Source of the DNA: an uncultured Spirochaetales bacterium
GTDB lineage: Bacteria; Spirochaetota; Spirochaetia; CAYLLE01
Direction of reading: 5' to 3'
Assembly (NCBI GenBank): GCA_964384485.1
Contig: CAYLLE010000006.1
Location: 1 to 62,673, forward strand
Length of the DNA stretch: 62,673 bases
Part shown: in pieces, positions 9,788 through 22,690 of the stretch
Layout: every line of letters starts with the position of its first letter
Numbering within the stretch: position 1 is the stretch's first letter
Program-made: the position numbers and the translations under genes
Notes under the pieces: model-generated
Told to the model about the DNA's origin: nothing
What the model saw: only the letters and a program-made list of their open reading frames with translations
Databases searched by the model: none

Positions 9788-11752
9788 CTATTCAGCATTA
9801 ATAAATCCCTGCATTTCGGTATCGCTTTCCATGGTATAGGTGTATAGCTGTTCCGGATTCAGGCTGCTGAAATCTTTCAGGGTAACGGTACGGTATGTAT
9901 TAATTTCGGTATGATACCCGTTATAGGTGGTTTGATAAAAACTGAGCTTCTTTAGCGGAGTAATTCCCATCGACATTAATCGGGCGGCGCCTTTTTGCAC
10001 AAGGGAAAGTTTATACTCCAGATCATCCTTGCCAGAAATACTCCATACCCCTAAGTATATCGGATTTTCCGGATTTTTTATGTCTCCGGAAAATTCTCCC
10101 CTCAGAAGTTTTTCCCGGTCTCCCCCCAGATACGGAACAAAATCCATATGCTCGGCCAGTTTCCGGTCGGTAGCAATAAACTCTCCCGTTGCCGGATCCA
10201 GGGTAAAAATAACGGTTACATCCATTGCAAGTCCGTAGCTTCCGAGTAGGGTCCCCAAAAACATCTGGGGATTCGAATAACGGGAAAGATACTGCCGGCT
10301 GCGTTTGATCTTCTGCAGAATATTTAGGAGGCGGAAACGTATTTTTTCGTTGTCAATCCTTTTGCTCTCAATGGTTTCCCGAAGACTTCGGAAGGTCAGG
10401 GAACCATGGAGATAGGAGAGGATGGTACGGTAGATTTCCCTTAAATTGTTATGGGTACTGAACTTCAGAATCAGTTCGTAACTGAAAAGTTCCATTTTCC
10501 GCATCCGCCAAATAAACCGGACTACCTCGGAACGGTCGGTGAAGAGGGAAGGTTTCGGCGGTTCAGCAGTCCGGAGTATCTCCGCGAATTTCGCTTCCAT
10601 AAGGGAGTCCCGGTCTACTTCGGTTTTCTGTGATTTGGGAATGGAAATGGTCCACTGCGTATATTCGCCCGGGGTGCTCCGGATAATGATGTTTTTTTCA
10701 CCGAAAGCGGAGAATATCTGTTTGGTTCCGATTCCCGAGCCGTCGTTCTGTTTCGTTGTATTCCCGACAAAGGCGGGTATCCCTTTGCTGTCCCGCTTGA
10801 GCCGGTCACCGGTTATGCCGATTCCGTTGTCCCGGATCCCCAGAATAATCCGCTCATCCTGTTCGTCCAGGGAGATGCTGATTTCACCCGTTCTTCCGGC
10901 TTCCTTAATCGCGTCCAGGGAATTAGCCAACAGATTGATAAGCGCTCTTCCTACTTCCACGTAATTCGCCATCACCTCTGTTGTGCTGTTCCGGAAGGCA
11001 AGATTAATCCTGCACGGTATTTTCGATGCCCGGATGAATGGAATGAGCCGCTCCAGTATAAGCTCCTGAATATCTATTTCGTGAATATATTCCAGAGTGT
11101 CCCGGTATGCGTTCAGCATATTGATAAGCGCGGTGGTTTCACGGTTAATATCTTCGATAACTTTTTTATAATTATCCGTAGACAGCATATTCACCATGTC
11201 AAAAATCAATTTCGCGTTCTTAGCCGCGTCATGTCGAATTTTACCTAATTCTTCCCGGCCTTCCCTGCATCCGGTATTCTTTTCTTCCGCTGTTTTTTTT
11301 ATGTTACCCGCGGAAGCGGACATATAGTAAAAAATTAGTTTCCGATAGGCGATGGGGTTTCCGGGAGAAAAACCGGCCTTTCGAAAAAACGTGATGGAAT
11401 CGATCTGTTTATCCCATACATACAGGTATACCAGAGCATCTTCCGGTAATTGTCTGCTGAGTACGTCCAAAAACGCCGAACCGATACCTTTTCCCCGGGA
11501 AAAGGGGCTGGTGCTTTGCCGGTAGATATGATACTTCATCAGTTCCGGATTCGAATAGAGAAGCATGTACCCTAAAAGCTCTCCCTCCTCCTCCCAGACG
11601 CAGCTGAGATTGTAGTCCTTTTCCAGCGCGGCGTCTGCGATATACGGAGAGGGGATAATGAAGGTATCGATATTAAGAAGAGGAGATTTTCCGATCCGCT
11701 CCTCATCTTCCCAAGTCAAGTTGCGGATAAAAGGGTAGGTTTCCGAAAGCAT
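9788..11752 (-). CDS. GNAT acetyltransferase-histidine kinase fusion with unknown C-terminal domain
   Basis: GNAT motif A SRGKGIGS and FFRKAGF; H-box RHD, N-box NLLANSLDA, DNGIGI, GSGIG. Start moved to 11752 because the ORF-track start lies in a MITE. Confidence 0.8.
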   Translation of the reverse strand: MLSETYPFIRNLTWEDEERIGKSPLLNIDTFIIPSPYIADAALEKDYNLSCVWEEEGELLGYMLLYSNPELMKYHIYRQSTSPFSRGKGIGSAFLDVLSRQLPEDALVYLYVWDKQIDSITFFRKAGFSPGNPIAYRKLIFYYMSASAGNIKKTAEEKNTGCREGREELGKIRHDAAKNAKLIFDMVNMLSTDNYKKVIEDINRETTALINMLNAYRDTLEYIHEIDIQELILERLIPFIRASKIPCRINLAFRNSTTEVMANYVEVGRALINLLANSLDAIKEAGRTGEISISLDEQDERIILGIRDNGIGITGDRLKRDSKGIPAFVGNTTKQNDGSGIGTKQIFSAFGEKNIIIRSTPGEYTQWTISIPKSQKTEVDRDSLMEAKFAEILRTAEPPKPSLFTDRSEVVRFIWRMRKMELFSYELILKFSTHNNLREIYRTILSYLHGSLTFRSLRETIESKRIDNEKIRFRLLNILQKIKRSRQYLSRYSNPQMFLGTLLGSYGLAMDVTVIFTLDPATGEFIATDRKLAEHMDFVPYLGGDREKLLRGEFSGDIKNPENPIYLGVWSISGKDDLEYKLSLVQKGAARLMSMGITPLKKLSFYQTTYNGYHTEINTYRTVTLKDFSSLNPEQLYTYTMESDTEMQGFINAE

Positions 11753-11805
11753 GAGATCAGTATATCCCGCATCACCATGATTGCGAAAGGGATGTCTCTC
11801 CATCT

Positions 11806-11895
11806 CAGCAATTCTCGGTGACCACATTCGCATTAAAATTTATAATTTGTTTTATTACAAGCAATTACATAAATCGGGATCACCGAGAATTGCCG
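11806..11895 (-). mobile_element. MITE-like hairpin element, subfamily B (90 bp)
   Basis: Arms CAGCAATTCTCGGTGA / TCACCGAGAATTGCCG; reverse complement closely matches 31495-31584. Confidence 0.88.
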
Positions 11896-11916
11896 TTTTT
11901 CCGCGAAAAAAATATG

Positions 11917-12008
11917 CGGCAATTCCCGGTCAACCCGATCTAAATTTATATATTATATTAAATTATGGCCGCTTCTCAATCACAATAGGAGTTGACCGGG
12001 ATTTGCTG
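11917..12008 (+). mobile_element. MITE-like hairpin element, subfamily A (92 bp)
   Basis: Arms CGGCAATTCCCGGTCAAC / GTTGACCGGGATTTGCTG; together with the B copy it is flanked by direct repeat TCTCCATCT (11797-11805, 12009-12017). Confidence 0.88.
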
Positions 12009-12030
12009 TCTCCATCTTTAATACCACACA

Positions 12031-12050
12031 AGGAGTTGACCGGGAATTAC
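12031..12050 (+). repeat. Remnant right arm of subfamily A element overlapping a promoter -35
   Basis: AGGAGTTGACCGGGAATTAC; TTGACC-18 nt-TAAAGT-6 nt-ATG 12072. Confidence 0.65.
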
Positions 12051-12071
12051 AGTATCCTTTAAAGTACTTCC

Positions 12072-16423
<4,352 letters not shown>

Positions 16424-16509
16424 TTTGCTGAAATTAAAGTAGTATTCTGAAAGGCAGCTTGCAAGAAAAATAGCAAAATTATTATATAAGGCAAATTGGC
16501 ATCAATGTT

Positions 16510-17961
16510 ATGGAATTAAAAAAGAATTCTCCGGTCGGGAGTAAAACGGAACTGGATTTGAGAAAGGAGATTGAAGACTTCTATCTCCCGAAACAGCTGG
16601 TTAACGCTATTTATCAGACCGGGGGAATTCCCCAGGATTCTATGGAAGCAAACATTGGTATCGGTTTCATAGATGTGGCGGATTACACATTCCTGTCTAA
16701 ATTCTTAAGCCCGAAAGAAAATCAGGCAGTCCTTAACGGTCTTTATACCGCGTTCAATTCTGTATTGAGAAGGCACGGCGGATATCTCAACAAGATCGAA
16801 GGGGACAGCCTGATGTTCCACTACGGCGGAATAACCGATCCGAATATAAAAGGTCTGGACGACCAGGAGACCCTCAGGTATATCGCCAAGGAGCTGTTCT
16901 ATACATGCGTCGAGATGCAGCGGGTCTGCGCGCTATTCAATCAGGCAAATGATAAGTTTCTGCAGGAAGGAGCCGATGAAAATGCCAGGGCTACACTGAA
17001 AAAGGCATTCGACATAATAAGCACCTTAAGGAATAATTTCGAATTGTCCAACGCGTTTAATGCCCTATTCCAGATCCGCATCAGGATCGGAGCCAACGTG
17101 GGACTTGTTACTGTGGGAAATTTCGGACCGGAAGGAGCACGGCAGTGGGATATTATCGGTTTCCCCGTCATCGAAGCGAAACGGATGGAATCCACCGCGC
17201 CGGTGGGGGGATTACGGATATCAGAAAAGTTTTACAAACTGCTCGAAGAGACCGGAGTCGCCGATGCTTACTATCACCGGTTTAGGAGAGAAGCGCAAGC
17301 TCTATTCGGATATTATCAGCATATAACCAAAGAGGAGCTATATAATTTCAGTAAAGTTTATCTTAAAGACAAGAACAATGTGGAGTTTAACACCTACAGC
17401 ATCCAGGTTAATCCCGGACTTCCCGAAACCATCATCCGGCAGATCGAATTACTGCTGAGCAAGGGTGACGCGGGGGCAGACAAGATCCTGGAACTGCTAC
17501 AGTACTATCGGGGAAACAGATACATAATCCAGGCCGTGGAGGATCTTTTCAAACGTCTGGGACTTCAGATTCGGAAAGAGCATCTTATGGAAATTATGTA
17601 TCCCGCAAAATACCGCTCCCTTTTGGATACCTACGGCGGTGATAAAGAAAAACTGACCGTACAGATAGATTCTGAATACACCTTTTTTGATCTCTTAAAG
17701 CGGCTCGGGAAATACCAGGACATCGTAAAGAAAGTAAAGCACAGTGAGCCGGAAAAACCGGAATTTTCCACCTACGAAAAATGTATGCGGGAAGAGGAAA
17801 CCAATTTCAAACAACAGTTTGACCGGTACAAAAAAGCAGTCATCGCGCGGACTTATTTCTACAACGTGGTTTTCCCGCTGGTGTTCAAGAGTATCCGCGC
17901 CAGTATCATGGAGTATCAATACCGGCGCAGCGAAGAAGTTGCTGAATTAGAGGCGATTTAA
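16510..17961 (+). CDS. Class III adenylate/guanylate cyclase domain protein
   Basis: GFIDVADYT, NKIEGDSLM, IRIGANVG, GNFG, WDIIG..AKRME. Confidence 0.87.
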   Translation: MELKKNSPVGSKTELDLRKEIEDFYLPKQLVNAIYQTGGIPQDSMEANIGIGFIDVADYTFLSKFLSPKENQAVLNGLYTAFNSVLRRHGGYLNKIEGDSLMFHYGGITDPNIKGLDDQETLRYIAKELFYTCVEMQRVCALFNQANDKFLQEGADENARATLKKAFDIISTLRNNFELSNAFNALFQIRIRIGANVGLVTVGNFGPEGARQWDIIGFPVIEAKRMESTAPVGGLRISEKFYKLLEETGVADAYYHRFRREAQALFGYYQHITKEELYNFSKVYLKDKNNVEFNTYSIQVNPGLPETIIRQIELLLSKGDAGADKILELLQYYRGNRYIIQAVEDLFKRLGLQIRKEHLMEIMYPAKYRSLLDTYGGDKEKLTVQIDSEYTFFDLLKRLGKYQDIVKKVKHSEPEKPEFSTYEKCMREEETNFKQQFDRYKKAVIARTYFYNVVFPLVFKSIRASIMEYQYRRSEEVAELEAI

Positions 17962-17964
17962 TCA

Positions 17965-19830
17965 TCAGCCGGCCGTTTCCATCCAATCCTGATACAGCTT
18001 GTCCAAGGCCCTGTCGTTTTTCATCAGCTTCGATTCAAGTTTTTTTGCTTCCCTTATGTTTCCGGCGGCAAAATACCGGGTAATCCTTTTTTCAATTTCC
18101 GCCTTTTCACTTTCCAGAGCCTGAATCTTGACCTCTATTGCCTCCTCCTGCCGGGTCTGCATTTTTCTGAATTTATCCCTCCTTACCGTTTGAGTTGTTC
18201 CAGGCTTTTTTATCAGGAGCGGATTCCGTTCGCCTATAAAAGAAGAAAAATCTCCCGAATGCTTTTTGACACACCTGTCTTCAATATAGAAAACCGTATC
18301 GGCAATACGTTCGAGAAAATACCGGTCGTGGGACACGGTCAATACGGTCCCGTCGAAATCATCCAGCCCTTCCTCCACCGCTTCCTTGGCCTGAATATCA
18401 AGGTGGTTTGTAGGTTCATCCAGTATGAGGAAATTGGCGCCCAGGAAAAGGGTCCGTGCCAGCTGCAGCCGGTTCAGTTCTCCTCCGGAAAGAACTGCCA
18501 CCGGTTTGTCCAAGTCATCCCATGTGAAAAGAAACTTCGACAGCAAATAGTTAATCCGGCTTTTTGTTGATGTTTTCAATTTCAAAAAAGCATCCAGCAC
18601 CGTATCTTCTCCGGAAAATACTTCCTGATTCTGGGCACAATAACCGATCCTCATGCTCGGACCCACCTGAATCACCGGGTGATCCCAATGACCCAGATTC
18701 ACGATATCTTTAAGGAGTGTTGTTTTCCCTGACCCGTTTTCTCCGATAAGGGCAGCCCGTTCTCCCACATTCAGCTGTAGACCGGTTTCCCGGAACAGTT
18801 CCTTGCCGGGAAATGATTTGCTGTATTTTTTTATCCTGAGCGCTATATCGGCGCCCGAATCATTCCCGGCAAAGGATATCCGCATTTTTTCCGCCGGCCG
18901 TGCCGGAGCCTCCACCGCGTTTTCTCTGGCTTTGCTCAGCTGACTCCTCCGCGCCCTTAGCCGTTTCCCCCAGGAGGGGTCCGCGATCCGGGAAGCGATC
19001 TCTTCAAACTTTTTCACCAGATTTTCCAGACGCTCCAGCTTTTTTTGTTCCGCCGAATACTGTTGGGCCTGGGCTAAAGCGTTGGTGAGTTTTGCGACCC
19101 GGTATCCGGAGTAGTTTCCGGTGTACCGGGTTATTTTACCGGCTTCCAGCTCGAACACGGTCTTGACGGTTTTATCTAGGAGATACCGGTTATGAGACAC
19201 GATGAGCACGGCTCCCTTAAACGCATTCAGAAACGCTTCAAGCCACGCAAGACCGGTAAAATCCAGATGGTTTCCCGGTTCATCCAGAAGCAGAAGTTCC
19301 GGTTTAGACATAAGTGCCCTCCCGATAGCCAAGGTGTTTTTTTCTCCTCCGGAAAGGGACCCGACCTTCTGGTCTATTTCTATTTCCAGTCCTAATTGAC
19401 CCAGGATCCGGGAAGTCCGGCTTCTGACACTGTCTCCGTCCCAGGAATCGTACACGTCCCGGATCCGCTGATAATCCTGTAAAGCCTGTTCCATCGCCGT
19501 ATCATCGGCTTCAGCCAGCCTCTCTTCCGATCTCCGGAGTTCCTTTTCTATCGGAAGAAAATCGGAGATTAGAATGTCTTCCGCTGTTGCTGTTTCTTCG
19601 TATTGATGGTACTGCGGGACATAGGCTGTCCGTATGTTTCCGGTCTGGATTACCGACCCTTTATCCGGTTCATCGATCCCCGCGGCTATTTTAAGCAGCG
19701 TTGTTTTTCCTGTTCCATTTGCTCCGATCAGACCCGCCTTTTCCCCTGGGTTAAGCTCAAGGGTGACGTTTTTAAACAGATCTCCTGACCCGTAGGATTT
19801 CGTAATATTCTGTAAAGTTATTAAAGCCAT
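17965..19830 (-). CDS. ABC-F family ATPase (possible ribosome protection or translation factor)
   Basis: Two ABC domains (GANGTGKT, LSGGE, LDEP; GENGSGKT, LDEPTNHLD), no TM segment, C-terminal coiled coil; AGGAGG SD. Confidence 0.93.
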   Translation of the reverse strand: MALITLQNITKSYGSGDLFKNVTLELNPGEKAGLIGANGTGKTTLLKIAAGIDEPDKGSVIQTGNIRTAYVPQYHQYEETATAEDILISDFLPIEKELRRSEERLAEADDTAMEQALQDYQRIRDVYDSWDGDSVRSRTSRILGQLGLEIEIDQKVGSLSGGEKNTLAIGRALMSKPELLLLDEPGNHLDFTGLAWLEAFLNAFKGAVLIVSHNRYLLDKTVKTVFELEAGKITRYTGNYSGYRVAKLTNALAQAQQYSAEQKKLERLENLVKKFEEIASRIADPSWGKRLRARRSQLSKARENAVEAPARPAEKMRISFAGNDSGADIALRIKKYSKSFPGKELFRETGLQLNVGERAALIGENGSGKTTLLKDIVNLGHWDHPVIQVGPSMRIGYCAQNQEVFSGEDTVLDAFLKLKTSTKSRINYLLSKFLFTWDDLDKPVAVLSGGELNRLQLARTLFLGANFLILDEPTNHLDIQAKEAVEEGLDDFDGTVLTVSHDRYFLERIADTVFYIEDRCVKKHSGDFSSFIGERNPLLIKKPGTTQTVRRDKFRKMQTRQEEAIEVKIQALESEKAEIEKRITRYFAAGNIREAKKLESKLMKNDRALDKLYQDWMETAG

Positions 19831-19849
19831 TTCTCTCTCCTCCTGAAAT

Positions 19850-19913
19850 AAAAAAAACCGCGGAATTCTCAAACTCCGCGGCAAAAAAAAGCCGCGGAGC
19901 TGTGCCCCGCGGC
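19850..19913 (-). terminator. Two tandem intrinsic terminators in the ABC-F 5' leader (attenuator)
   Basis: Minus strand reads GCCGCGGGGC-ACA-GCTCCGCGGC-T8, then CCGCGGAGTT-TGAG-AATTCCGCGG-T8. Confidence 0.8.
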
Positions 19914-19921
19914 GTTATATG

Positions 19922-19951
19922 CTATAAGATTCGCATTAAGCCAAGCGCCAA
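19922..19951 (-). promoter_or_regulatory. Putative leader uORF (TTG start, MALGLMRIL)
   Basis: GAAAGGTG SD-like sequence just upstream; stop lies 8 nt before terminator 1. Confidence 0.45.
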
Positions 19952-20102
19952 GGCACACCTTTCCCGTGAGTAGAAGAATTTCCTGTTGACTTTCTGAGGA
20001 TGTTGAATCCGAATATTAGGCGCTTTCCCTGTATCATAGGTAAGAAATAGCATGTTTAAATTGCTTTTGTCAATTCATTGTCCTAAATTTCTGCAGGGAT
20101 AG

Positions 20103-20192
20103 CGGCAATTTCCGGGGATTCCGATGTAAAGATATGTCCTTCATGGTGAGTTTTGTTTTTTTTAGTGCGTTGGTAATCCCCGGAAATTGTTT
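20103..20192 (+). mobile_element. MITE-like hairpin element, divergent subfamily C (90 bp)
   Basis: Arms CGGCAATTTCCGGGGATT / AATCCCCGGAAATTGTTT; CCGATGTAAA follows the left arm as in the other copies; right end decayed. Confidence 0.75.
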
Positions 20193-20195
20193 TTG

Positions 20196-20774
20196 TCAAT
20201 CCCGTAGTTTGAATACTTCGGACGGGGTATGCCGGGTTCCTTCGGGGGACAGTTCACTTTGAAAGAGGATCACCGTATCAGCGGTAAAGTTGAGATTCAC
20301 GTCCCATCCGCTGTCCCGGACCGCCTTGCCTCCATCTCTCAGCCTGGAATAGGGAATGTTTTTCCTGCCGTAAGCCAGGGTTATATGCCCCCGGAAAGGG
20401 CGATCATCAATTTCGATGCCGAAGGCGGTCAGTACCGGTATCAAATCATCGTGCAGGGAAACAAGTTCCGTGTCCGGTGATGCCGCCCCGGTCCAGAGCA
20501 CTTTAGGTTTTCGAAACGACGGGAAAGCACCGGTTCCCTGAATCAGCAGATTGAATTTGCGGTGTCCCGAGGTGACAGCCTGAATGTTTTGTTTTAGTTC
20601 AGGGATTTTTTTTGCATCAATATTACCCAGAAAATGAATGGTCAGGTGCATGTTATCCGGATGCAGCAGTCTGAATACATCGGAATAATGATCAGATATT
20701 TTATCCTGCAGCTTTTTGAGCGCATCTTTAATTTTTTCCGGGAGGGGTACAGCTATAAAGAGTCGCTTTGTCAT
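20196..20774 (-). CDS. thpR: RNA 2',3'-cyclic phosphodiesterase (2H family)
   Basis: RLFIAV start; HLT and HIT 2H motifs; GAFP...KVLW. Confidence 0.92.
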   Translation of the reverse strand: MTKRLFIAVPLPEKIKDALKKLQDKISDHYSDVFRLLHPDNMHLTIHFLGNIDAKKIPELKQNIQAVTSGHRKFNLLIQGTGAFPSFRKPKVLWTGAASPDTELVSLHDDLIPVLTAFGIEIDDRPFRGHITLAYGRKNIPYSRLRDGGKAVRDSGWDVNLNFTADTVILFQSELSPEGTRHTPSEVFKLRD

Positions 20775-20838
20775 AAAGAAAATGTACCAAAATCCGCGGT
20801 TTTCCTCTATAATAATTTCGGATAAGGAGTACTTCATT

Positions 20839-21768
20839 ATGTTTACCATGAATAACGAACTTCAGAATCATCTTGCCGGGATGCTTGATGAAACAAGGCG
20901 GGATGTTCCGGATATGGAAATGTCCGGAGAGATCCATTGGATTGATGTACCGGGAGGTAAAATCCGGGCGATTAAACTTGCCCCTAAAAATCCTTCATCG
21001 AAACGGCCGTTAGTCTTTGTGTCGGGGTGGGGTACCCGACCGGATGAATTTAGAGATTTTTACCAGGTGATTCATGGAGAAACGGTTTGTTATTACGTTG
21101 AGACCCGGGAAAAGAACTCGAGTTGTATGGAACGGAACGCTTCGTTTACTTTAGCTGATAAAGCGGGTGATGTCCGGAACGCGATTGATTATTTCGGACT
21201 CGCCGGAACGGATTATTTACTTTTCGGTACATGCTGGGGAGCCACGGTCATCACCCGCGGTCTGATGGACGGTCTGTTTTCCGACGCGGCGGTAATCCTG
21301 TTCGATCCCATGCACGCGCTGTGGGCTTCGCGGTGGATTATGCATTGGATAGCACCGATTACACCGATATTTCTCCTCCGGATGGTCCGGCCTGTGGTTA
21401 AGAGGATCGCTTTACGGGGGATGAACGAAGAGGTACAGCGGGCCCGGACGGAAGCATTCATCGATAACGCGGAACTCTGGAAGTGGAAAAAAGCAGCTAT
21501 GCAGACCATCGATTTTGAGATGTTCGGAAATTTATCCGGTATAGCCCGGCCGGTTTTTGTTGTAAACGGCACCTCCGATAAGATACACGAACCGGAGCAT
21601 TATCCCAAAATTGCGGCTGAGCTGCCTGACAGCACCTTTTTTTATATGGGAACCGACGAATCTAACCGGGAACGGCTGATGGGTATCATTTGCCGGGAAT
21701 TCGCGAAGGTGACAGGAAAAACGGCGGTACCGGAAACCATAGCTCCTTTTGAAAAAAAAATTGACTGA
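20839..21768 (+). CDS. Alpha/beta hydrolase fold protein
   Basis: LVFVSGWG, GTCWG elbow, NGTSDKIH; AAGGAG SD. Confidence 0.8.
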   Translation: MFTMNNELQNHLAGMLDETRRDVPDMEMSGEIHWIDVPGGKIRAIKLAPKNPSSKRPLVFVSGWGTRPDEFRDFYQVIHGETVCYYVETREKNSSCMERNASFTLADKAGDVRNAIDYFGLAGTDYLLFGTCWGATVITRGLMDGLFSDAAVILFDPMHALWASRWIMHWIAPITPIFLLRMVRPVVKRIALRGMNEEVQRARTEAFIDNAELWKWKKAAMQTIDFEMFGNLSGIARPVFVVNGTSDKIHEPEHYPKIAAELPDSTFFYMGTDESNRERLMGIICREFAKVTGKTAVPETIAPFEKKID

Positions 21769-21840
21769 TCCCTGGAATTTTGATGTAAAATCCATAGAAT
21801 TTGCATTGAGCCTATTTTTAATCAAATAGAGGAGCAATAC

Positions 21841-22332
21841 ATGAGTGATACCGAAATTGCGCTTAATCAATATTTAACTTTTACCCTGGATGAAGAACAG
21901 TATGCCCTGAAAGTCTCACGGGTAAGAGAAGTACTTGAGTTTACCACTGTTACTAAAGTGCCGAAAACCCAGGAATTTATGCGGGGAGTCATCAATCTCC
22001 GGGGGAATGTGGTTCCCGTAGTAGATCTCAGGTTGAAATTTGATTTGCCCGAGACCAGGAAAACTGTTGATACTTCCATAATCGTGATGGAAATAATGAT
22101 GCAGGATGAGATGATTACGTTAGGAGTTCTTGCCGATTCCGTCCAGGAGGTTATTGACCTGCAGGAAGATTCAATCGAGCCGCCCCCCAAAATCGGGAAC
22201 CGGATTAATGCCGAATTTATCGAGGGGATAGGGAAACAGAACGACCATTTCATCATCATACTCAACATAGATAAAATTTTTTCTTATGAAGAACTATCAG
22301 CGGTAAACACAAGGAGCGAAGAGAATGAGTAA
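21841..22332 (+). CDS. cheW: Chemotaxis protein CheW
   Basis: QYLTFTL, GVINLRGNVVPVVDLR. Confidence 0.96.
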   Translation: MSDTEIALNQYLTFTLDEEQYALKVSRVREVLEFTTVTKVPKTQEFMRGVINLRGNVVPVVDLRLKFDLPETRKTVDTSIIVMEIMMQDEMITLGVLADSVQEVIDLQEDSIEPPPKIGNRINAEFIEGIGKQNDHFIIILNIDKIFSYEELSAVNTRSEENE

Positions 22333-22690
22333 AAAGGTACTGGTCGTTGACGATTCCGCCGCCATTCGCCAAAGTATTTCCTTTATCATCGAACAGGCGG
22401 GTTATTCCGTTGTTCAGGGAGAAAACGGACAGGATGGTGTATCTAAGCTGGAGGGTGACCAGTTTGATTTAGTTATCACCGATGTGAATATGCCGGTTAT
22501 GGACGGAATCGAGTTTGTCCGGCAGATACGGAAACACGATGACTACCGGTTCACTCCCGTGGTTGTATTAACCACGGAATCTCAGGAATCAAAAATGAAA
22601 GAAGGGAAGGAGGCCGGGGCAACCGGCTGGATTGTTAAACCTTTTGACGCCGAAAAACTGATGAGCGTAGTTAAAAAACTGATCGGGTAA
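22325..22690 (+). CDS. cheY: CheY-like single-domain response regulator
   Basis: VVDDS, TDVNMP, LTTES, GWIVKPF. Confidence 0.9.
   Translation: MSKKVLVVDDSAAIRQSISFIIEQAGYSVVQGENGQDGVSKLEGDQFDLVITDVNMPVMDGIEFVRQIRKHDDYRFTPVVVLTTESQESKMKEGKEAGATGWIVKPFDAEKLMSVVKKLIG

Noticed and set aside
11753-11833. ORF-track N-terminal extension of GNAT-HK (likewise 43755-43820, 16025-16336, 1873-2037, 19831-19884)
   Set aside because: These run through MITEs, terminators or divergent genes; better-supported starts lie downstream.
11936-11963. TTATATTAAAT in subfamily A resembles the XerD arm of a dif site
   Set aside because: No XerC arm ending in ATAA at the right spacing, and the motif is not kept in other copies.
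11806-12050. Clustered repeats as a CRISPR array or integron attC sites
   Set aside because: No regular repeat-spacer period and no cas or intI genes. The ends do not fit RYYYAAC/GTTRRRY, and 9-bp TSDs favour transposition.
20058-20200. Imperfect 17-bp direct repeat AAATTG(C/T)TTTTGTCAAT around the subfamily C element
   Set aside because: It does not abut both element ends, so it is not a TSD. It is AT-rich and may be chance.
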